From Macrostomum hystrix (Eukaryota; Animalia; Platyhelminthes): DNA of 64,000 bases. The notes under the pieces were generated by a model. That model was not told the origin of the DNA and did no database searches. It saw only the letters and a program-made list of their open reading frames with translations. A program made the position numbers and the translations under genes. Shown in pieces: positions 25,801 to 37,849 of the stretch (position 1 is its first letter; each line of letters opens with the position of its first letter). Location of the stretch: assembly GCA_950097015.1 (NCBI GenBank), contig CATNEN010000024.1, positions 6,572,001 through 6,636,000 on the forward strand. The letters are read 5' to 3'.

Positions 25801-28800
25801 CTTCAATAAAAGGCTCTCAAGACACTTCAGCTTAAATAAAAGGCTCTCAAGACACTTCAGCTTCAATAAGAGGCTCTCGAGACACTTCACCTTCCATAAT
25901 AGGCTCTCAAGGCATGTCAGTGTCCACCAGAGGCTCTCAGGACATGTCAGTGTCCACTGACATAAAAAATGTCCACTGAAAAAAGACGTGTGTATTTCTT
26001 GCCAAACCCTCTAAAGATTAGGTTTGAGAAATCAGCAACTCACATTGAGCGTCAGTGTAAAGCTGGCTGAACAACGAGTTCGACAAGTCGGACAAGATTC
26101 TACAATAGAATTGCACTCCAGACTCATTTCACTTCAGAAGCATTGACGATTTAAAAATGATTTAAAATTAGATTGTTGACTAGAATTCTTACAGAAATCC
26201 TTCCACTAGAATCCAATAGAATAGCCGCATTACAGCTTTGATTGGCTGAAATGCGAATGAGTTATAAATCAATCAGTATAAATGTACTTTATAATCTATA
26301 TTTTTGGCGATTCGGCTTACACTGAACAGCGAAGAGGCACTGCTAGAAATTAGCGGCCGTTTAAAGCAAACTGACTGATAATCATTGAACCGCACGCTGA
26401 AAGGTACAATGTGTGAAGTTTGAGAGCTCCACCCCTCCTTTGATTCCTCACTGCTCCGTCCACCACCACTCCTTCGATTCCTCACTGCTCCGTCCACCAC
26501 CACTCCTTCGATTCCTCACTGCTCCGTCCACCACCACTCCTTCGATTCCTCACTGCTCCGTCCACCACCACTCCTTCGATTCCTCACTGCTCCGTCCACC
26601 ACCACTCCTTCGATTCCTCACTGCTCCGTCCACCACCACTCCTTCGATTCCTCACTGCTCCATCCACCACCACTCCTTCGATTCCTCACTGCTCCGTCCA
26701 CCACCACTCCTTCGATTCCTCACTGCTCCGTCCACCACCACTCCTTCGATTCCTCACTGCTCCGTCCACCACCACTCCTTCGATTCCTCACTGCTCCGTC
26801 CACCACCACTCCTTCGATTCCTCACTGCTCCATCCACCACCACTCCTTCGATTCCTCACTGCTCCGTCCACCACCCCTCCTTCGATTCCTAGAGCTCCAT
26901 CCGCCGCCCCTCCTTCAATTCCTAGAGCTGCGTCCGCCACCCCTCCTTCGATTCCTAGAGCTCCGTTCGCCGCCCCTCCTTCGATTCCTAGAGCTCCGTC
27001 CGCCACCCCTCCTTCGATTCCTAGAGCTCCGTTCGCCGCCCCTCCTTCGATTCTTCAGTGCTCCATCCACCACCCTTCCTTCGATTCTTCAGTGCTCCAT
27101 CCACCACTCCTCCTTCGATTCCTAAAGCTCCGTCTGCCGCCCCTCCTTCGATTCCTAGAGCTCCGTCTACCACCCCTCATTCGATTCCTATAGCTCCGTC
27201 CAATATCCTCCTTCGATTCCTGAGTGCTCCGTCCAATATCCTCCTTCGATTCCTGAGTGCTCCGTCCAATATCCTCCTTCGATTCCTGAGTGCTCCGTCC
27301 ACCGCTCCTCCTTCGATTCCTAGAGCTCCGTCCACAACCCCTCCTTCGATTCCTAGAGCTCCTTACACAACCCCTCCTTCGATTCCTAGAACTCCGTCCA
27401 CAACCCCTCCTTCGATTCCTAGAACTCCGTCCACAACCCCTCCGTCGATAGCCGCCGCAGTGACCTTTCAAACAGACTCATATTAACCATGGCCTGCATC
27501 GCTTCACACCGGACCAGGTCGAAAGATTTGCCCACATCGAGTCTGAGCTTCGAAAACACCACGATGCCGCTGGTGTCGAGCAGATAGCAGCTCACGCTGG
27601 GCGCTGAGCAGGTGACGCAACTGGCGTTCTCTGAGCAGCTGTTCGTAGCTCTGGGATGAGTAGTAAAGGTGACCAGATTCGCACTTATATCTGCGACATA
27701 ATCAACTGCTCTTGAGTCTACCACTCTCACTCTTCCAACTCCTCTTGAGTCTACCACTCTCACTCTTCTTGAGTCTACCATTCTCACTCTTCTTGAGTCT
27801 ACCATTCTCACTCTTCTTGAGTCTACCATTCTCACTCTTCTTGAGTCTACCATTCTCAATCTTCTTGAGTCTACCATTCTCACTCTTCTTGAGTCTACCA
27901 TTTTCACTCTTCTTGAGTCTACCACTCTCACTCTTCTTGAGTCTACCACTTTCACTTTCACGCCATCTTTTGAGTCAACATCAAAGACATCAGCCTCGCG
28001 CCACACCTGATGAAGTAGGTCTCCAGTTTGGCATAGTCCAGCTCAGCTCCCGCCACGGCCACCACAGACCCAGACACCCGAACCGGTGCCGTCAGGTACA
28101 CTGGAAACGCCCTCGGAAAGGTCAGATTGGATGCCGCATTAGCTGCCACAGTGACCGCAGATGGCGGCGTCAGAGCTACGCCAAGTGTCGACTCTTCCGT
28201 TGCCATGGCAACCGTACGCTCGTACAGCTGATCGCGACTTCCATTGCGCCAGCGTTGAGTCAGAAAGTTTGAATCGATCGGCCCCGAGCTGCTTGACGGG
28301 TCCACCAGCCACCGCGCCAGCCCGCTGCCGCCAACCCACAGGAAGGCGTGCCCCCCGGTTGCTCCTAGCAAACGAGCTGGAGCCGAGCTACTGGCTTGGC
28401 CGAAGCCAGCCCGCCAGGCAGCCGGAGCATTCTTCGAACTCTCGGCGTCGACTCGCAGTCGGTCGAGAAATTCAGTTGAGCACTGCATGCCTGTCTGAGC
28501 TGCTCGGTTGAGCGCCAGCACTCGGGCAGCAGCGCAGATTGCACTGGCATTGTACAGCTGGCGAAGGGCTCGCGTAAAGTCGCAGAACTCAAAGTCGGCC
28601 AGGGCCACTTCCAGCGACGCCGGCTGCTGCTGACAGACGGTGAGGTTTTCGACGAAAATCGGCGTCAGGCGGTTAGTCAGGAGCGCGCCAATCTGTGCGG
28701 CTGTCAGGCCCGCTCCAGTCAGCGAAGCGTTGAAGCTGTAGGCTGGCGGCTGCGGCCACTGCTGCCCGGATCTCCACGGCAACGCCAGTCCCAGGCTGTA

Positions 28801-31800
28801 CGGTGTCTGGCGAGTGACACCGGTGACCGAGCTGCTGATTAGGGGCGTTGTCAGATAGCGATAGCCAACTCGAAGCGAACGCGTCTGCCAGTGTCGAGAG
28901 TTCGGAGGTGGTGTGTGATATGCGAGCTGCCTGTCTTGTGTTCTTTTCTAACAGAATTAATCCGAATGGGCAGAGCTATGCGGGGGTAGCAGCCTTGTGC
29001 TTTGAGCATTGGACTCAGGACTTGAAGGTCGGGGGTTCGATCCCCGACTCCACTGGAATAATATGTGTCCTTTAGCAAGACAATTAAACTCTGCATTGCT
29101 TCAGTTCATCCAGCTGTTAAATGGGTACCAGCATTTACTGGGCTAATTGAGGGTGGGTGTGGCGTCCCACCAGTCCATGGACTGAACAGCTGTACGCAGC
29201 CTTCAGAAGCTCCGCGAAATAGCTGCGGCTGTGCTGTCGGCTGCACATCTGGTCCGAACGGGGCAGGTGTAATCAACTAATTTTATTCATGCTTAGATTT
29301 CTAATGCCAGTCTTGAATTAAGCTCGTACTCTAGACTTTTGCACTTAGTAAAAACAGTTTCATCAAATCGGCCACTAACATTGTCATCGTACACTCGAAT
29401 CCTGGCGAACTCGAACACCGAGGCCTGCTGCAGCACTAGCGCTGTGCGCAATCCCAAATTGTAGTCGGGCAAGTTGCTCATCGCATCGACGGGCACCTCG
29501 ATGTTGGCAATGTCGCGGCTGTTGTAGAATAATAGGGCATTGCCAGAGCTCTAAAATCAGACAAATTATAAAATACATGTAGTTGAGCGATTTTTAGCCC
29601 TGCGCTGGTTGGCTAACTAGTTTTTCTATTCTAGACTATCCGATTGGCTGATTGGTCAGACCCCATCCCACGCTCCGATTCCTGGGCCGGCATTGGCTGA
29701 TCTGTCAAGCCCACCTCACGCCGCCTATCTCATCGCCTCCTGATTGGTTGGCAAGCTTCCCTAGATCAGCGGACCAGCTACGAGTACAATTGGCTAACAG
29801 CATCAAACAAAATCGGGAATCTCACGTCGAGAGTCCTCAGCTCGGGATGATAGATAACAAAGCCATTGTTATTGACAATGAACATGTAGGCAAGTGGTCC
29901 CAGCTCCCAGGCTGGGCCGCGCCGATCGAACTGATCCACTGAGAGGTCAACGCCTGCCACGCCGATCATGTCTTCGGGTGGCTGTCAGTTGGAGAGAGAC
30001 ATAAAGCCTTTATTAATTTGTTTATTAATATTTTTACCAAATCGTCACTTACCGTTGAATTTCGCACATCGTACGCGGCTTGAGAAACCGATACGAACAG
30101 GGCATTTTTCTGTTGAGTGACAATGTTGATGCGACGATGTTTATGTGCGTCATTGACCTAACCACTAGCTCACACTCCCTCCTGACTACTCACCGCTTTG
30201 TCCGGCATACCCTGAAAAGTAGTAAAATAAGAAAATAAGCGTTTTTTATTTTGCCTTATTTCAAAATGAATGTTCCTACCAGCGTGACAATCTGATTTTG
30301 GTGCACATCACTCCAAGTAAAGAATCTTTGCCTGGATATTGAATTCGTTCTAGCCAGGACTGAAATGCAGCGCTGAAATATTTCCGAGCTAATCAGTTAT
30401 TTTATATTCAAATATATAATTTAAATTTTTCTGGGTTGCTAGAAATTTAAACAATAACAGGCTAGAGGCGTGAAAGATTTACCAGGACACTCTCCTTTGT
30501 TTCGGCCATTGCTGACACCTGGCTGAAGTAGCCCCGATTTGAGCAGGCCATAGACTTCACCAACGGCGCGTCTGTCGCCTCTTGACCCATCAGAAAGGTG
30601 AACAGCCTGATCTGGCGCTGAAGTCGACGTCAAGTTACATTTCAAGTTAAGTTACAGACTGGTTGGCAGGGGACAGGTAGTCAATAAACAGGTAGCTGAT
30701 AGACAGGTTAGTATAGTTTATGGATAGGTAGTGGAATGGATATGTAACTGATGGACAGGTAGCTGATGGACAGGTAGCTGATGGACAGGTAGTTGATGGA
30801 CAGGTAGTTGATGGACAGGTAGCTAGCTGATGGACAGGTAGCTGATGGACAGGTAGTTGATGGACAGGTAGTTGATGGACAGGTAGTTGATAGACAGGTA
30901 GTTGATGGACAGGTAGTTGATGGACAGGTAGTTGATGGACAGGTAGCTGATGGACAGGTAGTTGATGGACGGGTAGTTGATGGACAGGTAGTTGATGGAC
31001 AGGTAGCTGATGGACAGGTAGCTGATGGACAGGTAGCTGATGGACAGGTAGCTGATGGACAGGTAGCTGATGGACAGGTAGCTGATGGACAGGTAGCTGA
31101 TGGACAGGTAGTTGAATAAAGAATAGAGATGAATAGAGAATTTGATGAACGGGTAGTTACAGAACAGGTATACAGGTAGTCAGAGAACAGGTAATGATGT
31201 GACAGGTAGTAAACAGGTAGCCAGAAGACCTGTTATCACAACGTACATCGGGATTGTACTTTTGAAATACAGCCGCAAAGTCATCCCAAGCGCAGTCGGT
31301 AACCATAGCGATGGCCTGAACACCGCCAGCGCTGATGGCTGTGTTATTCTGTCTGACAAAGCGCAGTAGTTCGAATGCTTCGCTGAAGGCGACGCCAAGG
31401 TCCGCAAGTCCTTGAGGCTTGAGTACACGACTCAGAGTCTGGCCCTTGTCCTTGTCCTCGTTCAACAGCTCCAGAACTTTCTGCAAGGAACACAGAATGA
31501 GGACGACTTTTCTACATTTTCTACTCTTCTACTCGTATTTCCTAACGAGGAGATGAGTGAGAGAGTGGTTAACGCGTTTGCCTCTGGCACCAAGGTCCCT
31601 GAGCTCGATTCCGCGGCGAGGCCACATTAAATTGGGGCGCAGCCACGGAGAGAAGGCTTGGGGGCTTGTCGTGCAATTTGCGCCCTCGAGGGCCAACCTC
31701 TAAGGCACAGTGAAATCGTACACTGCCTGACGATGAGAAAGTCAGGGCAGATGTACACACCTGTGTGAGTGTGTGCCTGCGTACAGTATCTTTGTGCTTG

Positions 31801-33260
31801 TGTGCTCAGGAGTCAGCGGAATGGGAAGAATTGCCTCCTCGCTGGCTGCGGGTCTAGTGTCACCAACTGATGTGTCGCTGGCACCTAACGTCGCTACTTT
31901 TAGTAGGAATAAGCGAACAGAGGCGCTAGAATTGCCAGTTCACAGTTTACATTCTTATTTTCGTCAGTAGCCTGCAGCATGGTCCGATTGTAGACATTGG
32001 CAACGTAGCTGACTGCTGGTGGAGACTGGCCCATCACCTGCGCAAAGGTATGTAAAACTTTGATAATTAGCTGTAACTGAGGGACTGTTGAATAGCATTA
32101 TTTGTCCAGGCATACCAGTAGCACATTGAAATAGTCGTTGGCAGTGAGTGTGCCGAGAAGCTCAGACAGGGTCCTATTGGCCATGATGGAGCCAGCGCCC
32201 TTCATGGATCCGCTATTATCGATCAGCAGGACCACATCCTTTGGGTAGGTGGCCGACATGAGGTACCAGTTCTGGCTACGGCAGTCGAATGGATCCATTG
32301 GCAAGCCTTTCTGCACGGCGCCAGTTGTCTGGGGTGCCCATCGCACGCCGGGGAAAATTTTCATCAGGCCCTGGCTAGTGCCAAAGTACTGCCACTGGAG
32401 AGTGGGGTCGCTATTGACGCTCAGCCGCATTTGGTTCTCCAAGGTGTTGGTCCAGTTGGCCACGTTGAGAATTTGATTGGCTGCGGGGGTAGAGGGGGTT
32501 GCGTCATCTGTGTCCGATTCTATATTTAGAATAGTCCATCGTTGTCAGTCAGATTCTATATTTAGAATAGTCCATCGTTGTCAGTCAGATTCTATATTTA
32601 GAATAGTCCATCGTTGTCAGTCAGATTATATATTTAGCCTGTCATCGTTTGTCCGATTCTATATTTAGCCTGTCATCGTTTGTCAGATTCTATATTTAGC
32701 CTGTCATCGTTTGTCAGATTCTATATTTAGCCTGTCATCGTTTGTCAGATTCTATATTTAGCCTGTCATCCTTTGTCAGATTCTATATTTAGCCTGTCAT
32801 CGTTTGTCAGATTCTATATTTAGCCTGTCATCGTTTGTCAGATTCTATATTTAGCCTGTCATCGTTTGTCAGATTCTATATTTAGCCTGTCATCGTTTGT
32901 CAGATTCTATATTTAGCCTGTCATCGTTTGTCAGATTCTTTCTGGGGGTATGTGGGGTTTTTTTCTTGAGTCAGTCGGGTGTCTTTCTTTCGACTCACAG
33001 GCGTCGTAGACATACTGCGGCACGTGAGCAGTGGAAACATTAATATTTGTCTCGGCATCGAACACCAGTGGATCCTGGCTGAGGTCCAGGGTGACATTCT
33101 GGCTGCAGTAGTCGACTGAACTGCCTGGCGCTGGCGTGGCGGCCGGCGCACTCGAGTCCAGCTTAACCACAGCCGTGGCCCGATTGTAAGGCACTGTTGT
33201 GAAGTCCGAGCACTGCAGCGCCAAGACGGATTGTCAATTAGTCTATCAATAAATCAATAA

Positions 33261-33358
<98 letters not shown>

Positions 33359-34190
33359 ACATCTGGCTTGTATAAAATCGGACTAAAAATGGACTCACCG
33401 AATAATTTCTCGCCGAGTAGTTGGCAAAGAGTTGCTCGGCGCGAGACCGAATTGTCTGAAAGGGTGTTCCAAGCAGGTGACTCATTCTCTTGAACTAACC
33501 CAATGACTGAGCTCATGCTGCAGTCTCACTAACCTCAACCTGAGTTTCTCTCTTCCATAGAAGGTTCTGCAGTCGATCCTTTACAATGTTGAGTACCCGG
33601 GCCGCCTGAGTGATGTTGACGTTGCCACCTCTGACTCCGTTGGCGTTGAATGCCTGAATTAGGTGCGTGCATAGTCAATCAGATGTATTTCTGCTTAGAG
33701 GGAATACCGAAATTTGATCCTCGAGCAAGACTGCACTTAAGATGGAGTCGAATTTGGGTAGGCGGTCTGGAAAACTATTTTAGCCTTCAAACCTGTCACT
33801 GAACCTGTCAATTGTCAATCACGGCATTTAGACTTACATTCTCCAGATTGCTTGCGTCCAAAAAGCTATTGCGAAATGCCTCCAAATCAGTCGATATTTT
33901 ACTGACCCAGTTGGCAATGCTGGAACCATTATTTTAATGGGAATGCAAACGAAATGGATGTGGTTCAGCTATATTTAGCACGGATCCCTGCTCCAACTCT
34001 CCCTCACTCTCCCTCACTATCCCTCACTGTCCATCACTCTCCCTCACTCTCCCTCACTCTTACAAAGGTTCGCAGTCTCAACTTACTCATTGCTGGCCAA
34101 ACGGACTCGAGTTTGTGACTCAACCAGAGTTGACAATGAGCAAAGCGTGATGCACGCCACAGTTATGCTGACATAATTCAGGCCCAGCAT
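22831..34190 (-). CDS. CACNA2D: Voltage-dependent calcium channel alpha2delta subunit. Exons approx. 34190-34087, ~33930-33838, ~33465-33400, 33212-32999, 32480-32116, 32037-31951, 31480-31247, 30617-30483, 30372-30280, 30211-30194, 30157-30053, 29981-29826, ~29551-29380, 28884-28007, ~27695-27466, 26099-26044, 24016-23842, 23755-23566, 22947-22831
   Basis: Signal peptide MLGLNYVSITVACITLCSL; WQYFGTSQGLMKIFPG; FDCRSQNWY..TYPKDVVLLIDNSGSMKG (VWA/MIDAS); MACSNRGYFS; GVAGVD..AYMFIVNNNGFVIYHPELR (Cache); CYLLDTSG; SNLIFVAVV..CGC; hydrophobic GPI-signal-like C-terminus. A few junctions (28007/27695, 29380) are uncertain. Confidence 0.92.
22995..23524. repeat. Minisatellite, 18 bp GCAGGTGTACAGAAGATG, ~29 copies, last alpha2delta intron
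   Basis: Direct reading; intron 22948-23565. Confidence 0.95.
24155..25950. repeat. Minisatellite, 30 bp AGGCTCTCAAGACACTTCAGCTTCAATAAA, ~59 copies, alpha2delta intron
   Basis: Direct reading. Confidence 0.97.
26430..27445. repeat. Minisatellite, 33-34 bp TTCGATTCCTCACTGCTCCGTCCACCACCACTCC, ~30 copies with a unit gradient, alpha2delta intron
   Basis: Direct reading. Confidence 0.95.
27709..27955. repeat. Minisatellite, 24 bp CTTGAGTCTACCATTCTCACTCTT, ~10 copies, alpha2delta intron
   Basis: Direct reading. Confidence 0.93.
28968..29290 (+). mobile_element. tRNA-derived SINE with CORE-like domain, in an alpha2delta intron, antisense to the host
   Basis: B-box GGTTCGATCCC (29034-29044), then GTGTCCTTTAGCAAGACAATTAAACTCTGCATTGCTTCAGTTCATCCAGCTGTTAAATGGG, resembling the MIR/CORE domain. 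3' part shared with the copy at ~34835-34930. Confidence 0.75.
30748..31115. repeat. Minisatellite, 15 bp GATGGACAGGTAG(C/T)T, ~24 copies, degenerate flanks ~30670-31225, alpha2delta intron
   Basis: Direct reading. Confidence 0.95.
32510..32937. repeat. Minisatellite, 31 bp GTCAGATTCTATATTTAGCCTGTCATCGTTT (first units 35 bp), ~13 copies, alpha2delta intron
   Basis: Direct reading. Confidence 0.94.
33261..33358. repeat. (TATC)n / GATA microsatellite, ~24 copies, alpha2delta intron
   Basis: Direct reading. Confidence 0.97.
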
Positions 34191-34749
34191 CTCAGAGCTC
34201 TATTTCACTTTTTACAAGCTGTCAGAATGTCAATGAAATATATTTGGCCACAAAATAGACGGAACAAAAGACCATTATATCTGGTTTGTAGCTATGCCTG
34301 TATGACAAAGTAAGGATCGGGTTTTAGGCGATCTTGGGGTTGCTAAGTGAATTTTCCGTTCTCCCCAACGCCTTTCTCTACACTCCCCCCGGTGTTGAGT
34401 AGTATGCTCAACTCAGATCGAGAACTGCTTAGCTGCAGTGTTTTTTGCAAGCACACACATTTGAGTCCTTACACCCGCGGCGCCAACGTACTCGAAGGTT
34501 GCCAGTGTTATAGAGGCCAACCATTCAACTAACCGATCGCGCTCTCCAAATATCGATCGATAATTCCCCTACCAGAAAATGAACGTATGCTTGCGCTGAA
34601 CTCTCATTGTTGAACAATATTTTATTGCTTTGGCTGTGCTAGTGCTTGCATCACGGACAGCAGTGGCAATTAGAATTCATATATAAACTAGAATATCATG
34701 ATGTGTGCTTGAACTTTGCGATAGAGCTGTATAATAAACTAAAATATTT

Positions 34750-34980
34750 AGTATGTCCGGTCACGTCTAGTGCGTTTGGCACAGAAATGGTTTACATATT
34801 TTAGGAGGTTGAGGATTCGATTCCCGACTTCGAACTGTTAAATGGGTACCAGCATTAGCTTGGGCCCATTATTGAGGGATGGTGTGACGTCCCCAAGACC
34901 ATGGACTGAACAGCCGTACGCAGCCTTCAATAGCTTCATGCACATCTCACCCAGGTGTTAATCAGTTATTAGTTTTATTA
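34750..34980 (+). mobile_element. Second copy of the same SINE family, with part of the CORE domain deleted
   Basis: GATTCGATTCCC B-box-like motif, then CTGTTAAATGGGTACCAGCATT..ATTGAGGG..CGTCCC..CCATGGACTGAACAGC.GTACGCAGCCTTCA, matching 29115-29207. Confidence 0.75.
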
Positions 34981-35943
34981 TTAGAGTGTGGGTTCAAGAA
35001 TTAGGGACTTATTGGGAAACAAAGAGAGTTCAGAGATTGAATTCACAGTAAATGATCAAAGTATATCATTTGGCTCATATGGTACTCGTGTGTTATGTAT
35101 TTTATATTTCTACGAGTAATTATAAATTGTGCAATTTCTTTAAGGTACAGTTTTTTAGAGGCCCGTCTGTCTAATCGTTTTAAAAGCTAGGCCTAGTGTT
35201 CGCAATCAATATATTTCCTTACATTTCTACTCGTAGTAGAATGTTTGAAAGAGTGAAATATATAATTCTCACTTTCCAAACACGAAATTGAAACGAAGAA
35301 AAGAAATCCAATTTGTTCAATTTTTGTTCTGCATTTTTTACGAAAAGTAATAAAGAACACAAATCGTAAGGTCACGAGTTCCAGCTCCAAAACGGTGGAT
35401 ACTGGATTGTGACATGGAAACGATTTTTCGGTTAAAAATAGTATATTTTATTGCGCAACGCTTTTCAATTCACAATAGTTAGCGCGGAAATAATTATCCG
35501 GAATAAATGAAGAGAAAGTAATAATTCGTTCGTGACAAAATTGGCGACTAAATTCTAGCCAGATTATTTATTACTTGATAATTATTTGGCAAGGCAATTA
35601 CAATAGTCAGCGAGGCTAAAAAACCACGCGAAAATGATGCAATCAAATGTGCCAATTGCTTAATAAAATATTGCATAATTTACACATACAATCGATTTTT
35701 ACTATGCCTATGATACTAGTATACAGATTTGGCCTAAAACTATGTTAGGGGCCTATAATATTTAATAAAATATTGTACATGCGACAAAAACTATAGCAAA
35801 TAATTACGGGACCTTTACATGATAAAAGCAATAGTATTTTTTCGATTTCAACCAGACTATACAAAAAGCATTGGTAGAAAAATAGTATGACCATTATATA
35901 GGTGAGAATAGATAAGTGTTTCGCTTAAATGCTAGTCTGTAAT

Positions 35944-36711
35944 TCACTTCTTAGCCTTGACTGGCGCGGCCTTCTTAGTAGGCGTCTTCTTGGCCTTGGG
36001 AGCCTTCTTCGCCGGAGATTTAGCCTTCTTGGCGGCGACAGCCTTGGGCTTGGCCGCCTTCTTCTGCGTCGTCGCGGCAGCTGGAGCAGGGGTCGCGGGA
36101 GCGGCAGGCGCCGCCTCGGCTGCTGGGGCAGCAGCAGCAGCAGCAGGGGCAGCGACGGCGGCAGCTGGAGCCTTGGCCTTCTTGGCGGCGGCTGGCGATT
36201 TGGGCTTCATAGCCTTAGGCGACTTGGGCTTCGTCACCTTCGGGGACTTGGCCTTCTTGGCGGCCGGAGACTTGGCCTTCTTGGCGGCCGGCGACTTAGC
36301 CTTCTTCGCAGCCGGTGATTTGGCTTTCTTAGCGGCCGGCGACTTCGGCTTCTTGGCAACAGGAGACTTGGCCTTCTTAGGCGACTTGGGAGCAAGGGGC
36401 TTCTTAGCCGCAGCCTCCTTGGCTAGTTGGAAGGAGCCAGTAGCACCGGCGCCCTTCGTGTGCAGGTAGCGGCCGCTCTTGCTGCCGGCTTTTAGGGCAG
36501 TCTTGACGTAGACATCGATCTTCTCGTCGGCGTCGAACTTGTAGTTAGCGCGCAGATACTTGGTAATAGCCTGCCGGCTGGATCCCTTGCGCTCCTTCAG
36601 GCCAGCAATGGCCGCGTTGATCATGTCAGTATAAGATGGGTGGGACTTCGGCTTCGATGGCTTCTTCGGATGAGCAACCTTCTTGGGGGTAGCGACGGCA
36701 GCAGCGCTCAT
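35944..36711 (-). CDS. H1: Linker histone H1 (255 aa), intronless, solitary
   Basis: Globular domain HPSYTDMINAAIAGLKERKGSSRQAITKYLRANYK..VKTALK..HTKGAGATGSFQL; Lys/Ala/Pro tail with KSP repeats. Confidence 0.97.
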   Translation of the reverse strand: MSAAAVATPKKVAHPKKPSKPKSHPSYTDMINAAIAGLKERKGSSRQAITKYLRANYKFDADEKIDVYVKTALKAGSKSGRYLHTKGAGATGSFQLAKEAAAKKPLAPKSPKKAKSPVAKKPKSPAAKKAKSPAAKKAKSPAAKKAKSPAAKKAKSPKVTKPKSPKAMKPKSPAAAKKAKAPAAAVAAPAAAAAAPAAEAAPAAPATPAPAAATTQKKAAKPKAVAAKKAKSPAKKAPKAKKTPTKKAAPVKAKK

Positions 36712-37849
36712 TTTCTGTTAACGGTTGAGGCTTGTTTAGAAGGTAAGAGTAAAGGATGAATGGGCTGCTAACTTGTCAGATGGCTAGTAGGGAAGGCAGG
36801 CGATGAAAAGCTCCGCGTGTGATCGCGCGTGCTAAATATAAGGAGAGAAAACTGGACCGCATCATTGTGTTCCCCGCCCCTCGCGAAGGCCAGCCATGCC
36901 CCATGCAAAATTGACAAACCTGCCTGCAACTGACTTGAGGTGGATGGAAGATGTGCTCTCATTTCATATTGAATTAAGTTAGCACTTTCAGACCTGTGCA
37001 GTCAGTTTATACAGTAAATTATCTATCAGGTGCAGTGCGAAATATGAAAATAGATAAACCAGAGCCAGAGTTATGCCCCAATATTTAGCCGAATAACATG
37101 ATTTTGTAAGGGTGGCGGTCGGAAAATCATGCTATAAAAAAACTTACTGAAAATAAATTCTGCTAAAAAATGAATAAACTTATAGCTAAACATGTCCCCG
37201 AACTTCAAGTAAAAATCTGGACTGATTAGTGCATCAGAGGGGGAATTATTTAAGAAGTTTGCAACCTACCCTGGGCCATTTTTTGCCCGATTTCAAAACG
37301 TCGAACTTTTTTATGTGCGAATAAATTGCCTATTTGCATCAAATTTGAGCATTATTAACAAAATAGCAGTTTAATTACAATGCAGAAAGTAGATTTTCAT
37401 ATTCTGGTGAAGTTTTAAACGGACAGTTTGTCAGATATCGGTAGAATTTTCGACTATAGATTTTGCATATTGCAAGCTAGCTTTAGCCACGGCCCACGGC
37501 CCACGGGCCCACGGCCTTTTTCGTGAAGCCCCAAGTAAGGGACAAATAAGGAAGGAATAGGTTTATCTTATTTTACGTTAGATTTGTATATACATTTTTG
37601 TATTTATAATGCTAGTTGTATAGGAATACTTATATTTAGCTATTTGTACTTCTGTTAACGGTTAGCGAATGAATGAAATAATTAAGTTGATCAGATAAAA
37701 GCAAATTTTTTCAATGCGCTGATCGGTAGACAGGACTTCATTGCAAAAAGCTACTATGGCCACAAATCGCCATATTTACGAGGCAGTTTTTCACCGAAAA
37801 ATGCACTACGCTGATAGGAAATTTTCAATAATGCATACTACAACTGCAC

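Noticed and set aside
37488-37531. GCCACGGCCCACGGCCCACGGGCCCACGGCCTTTTTCGTGAAGCCC as a DNA transposon end
   Set aside because: Looks like a terminus with subterminal repeats, but I found no partner inverted repeat, TSD or ORF in the window
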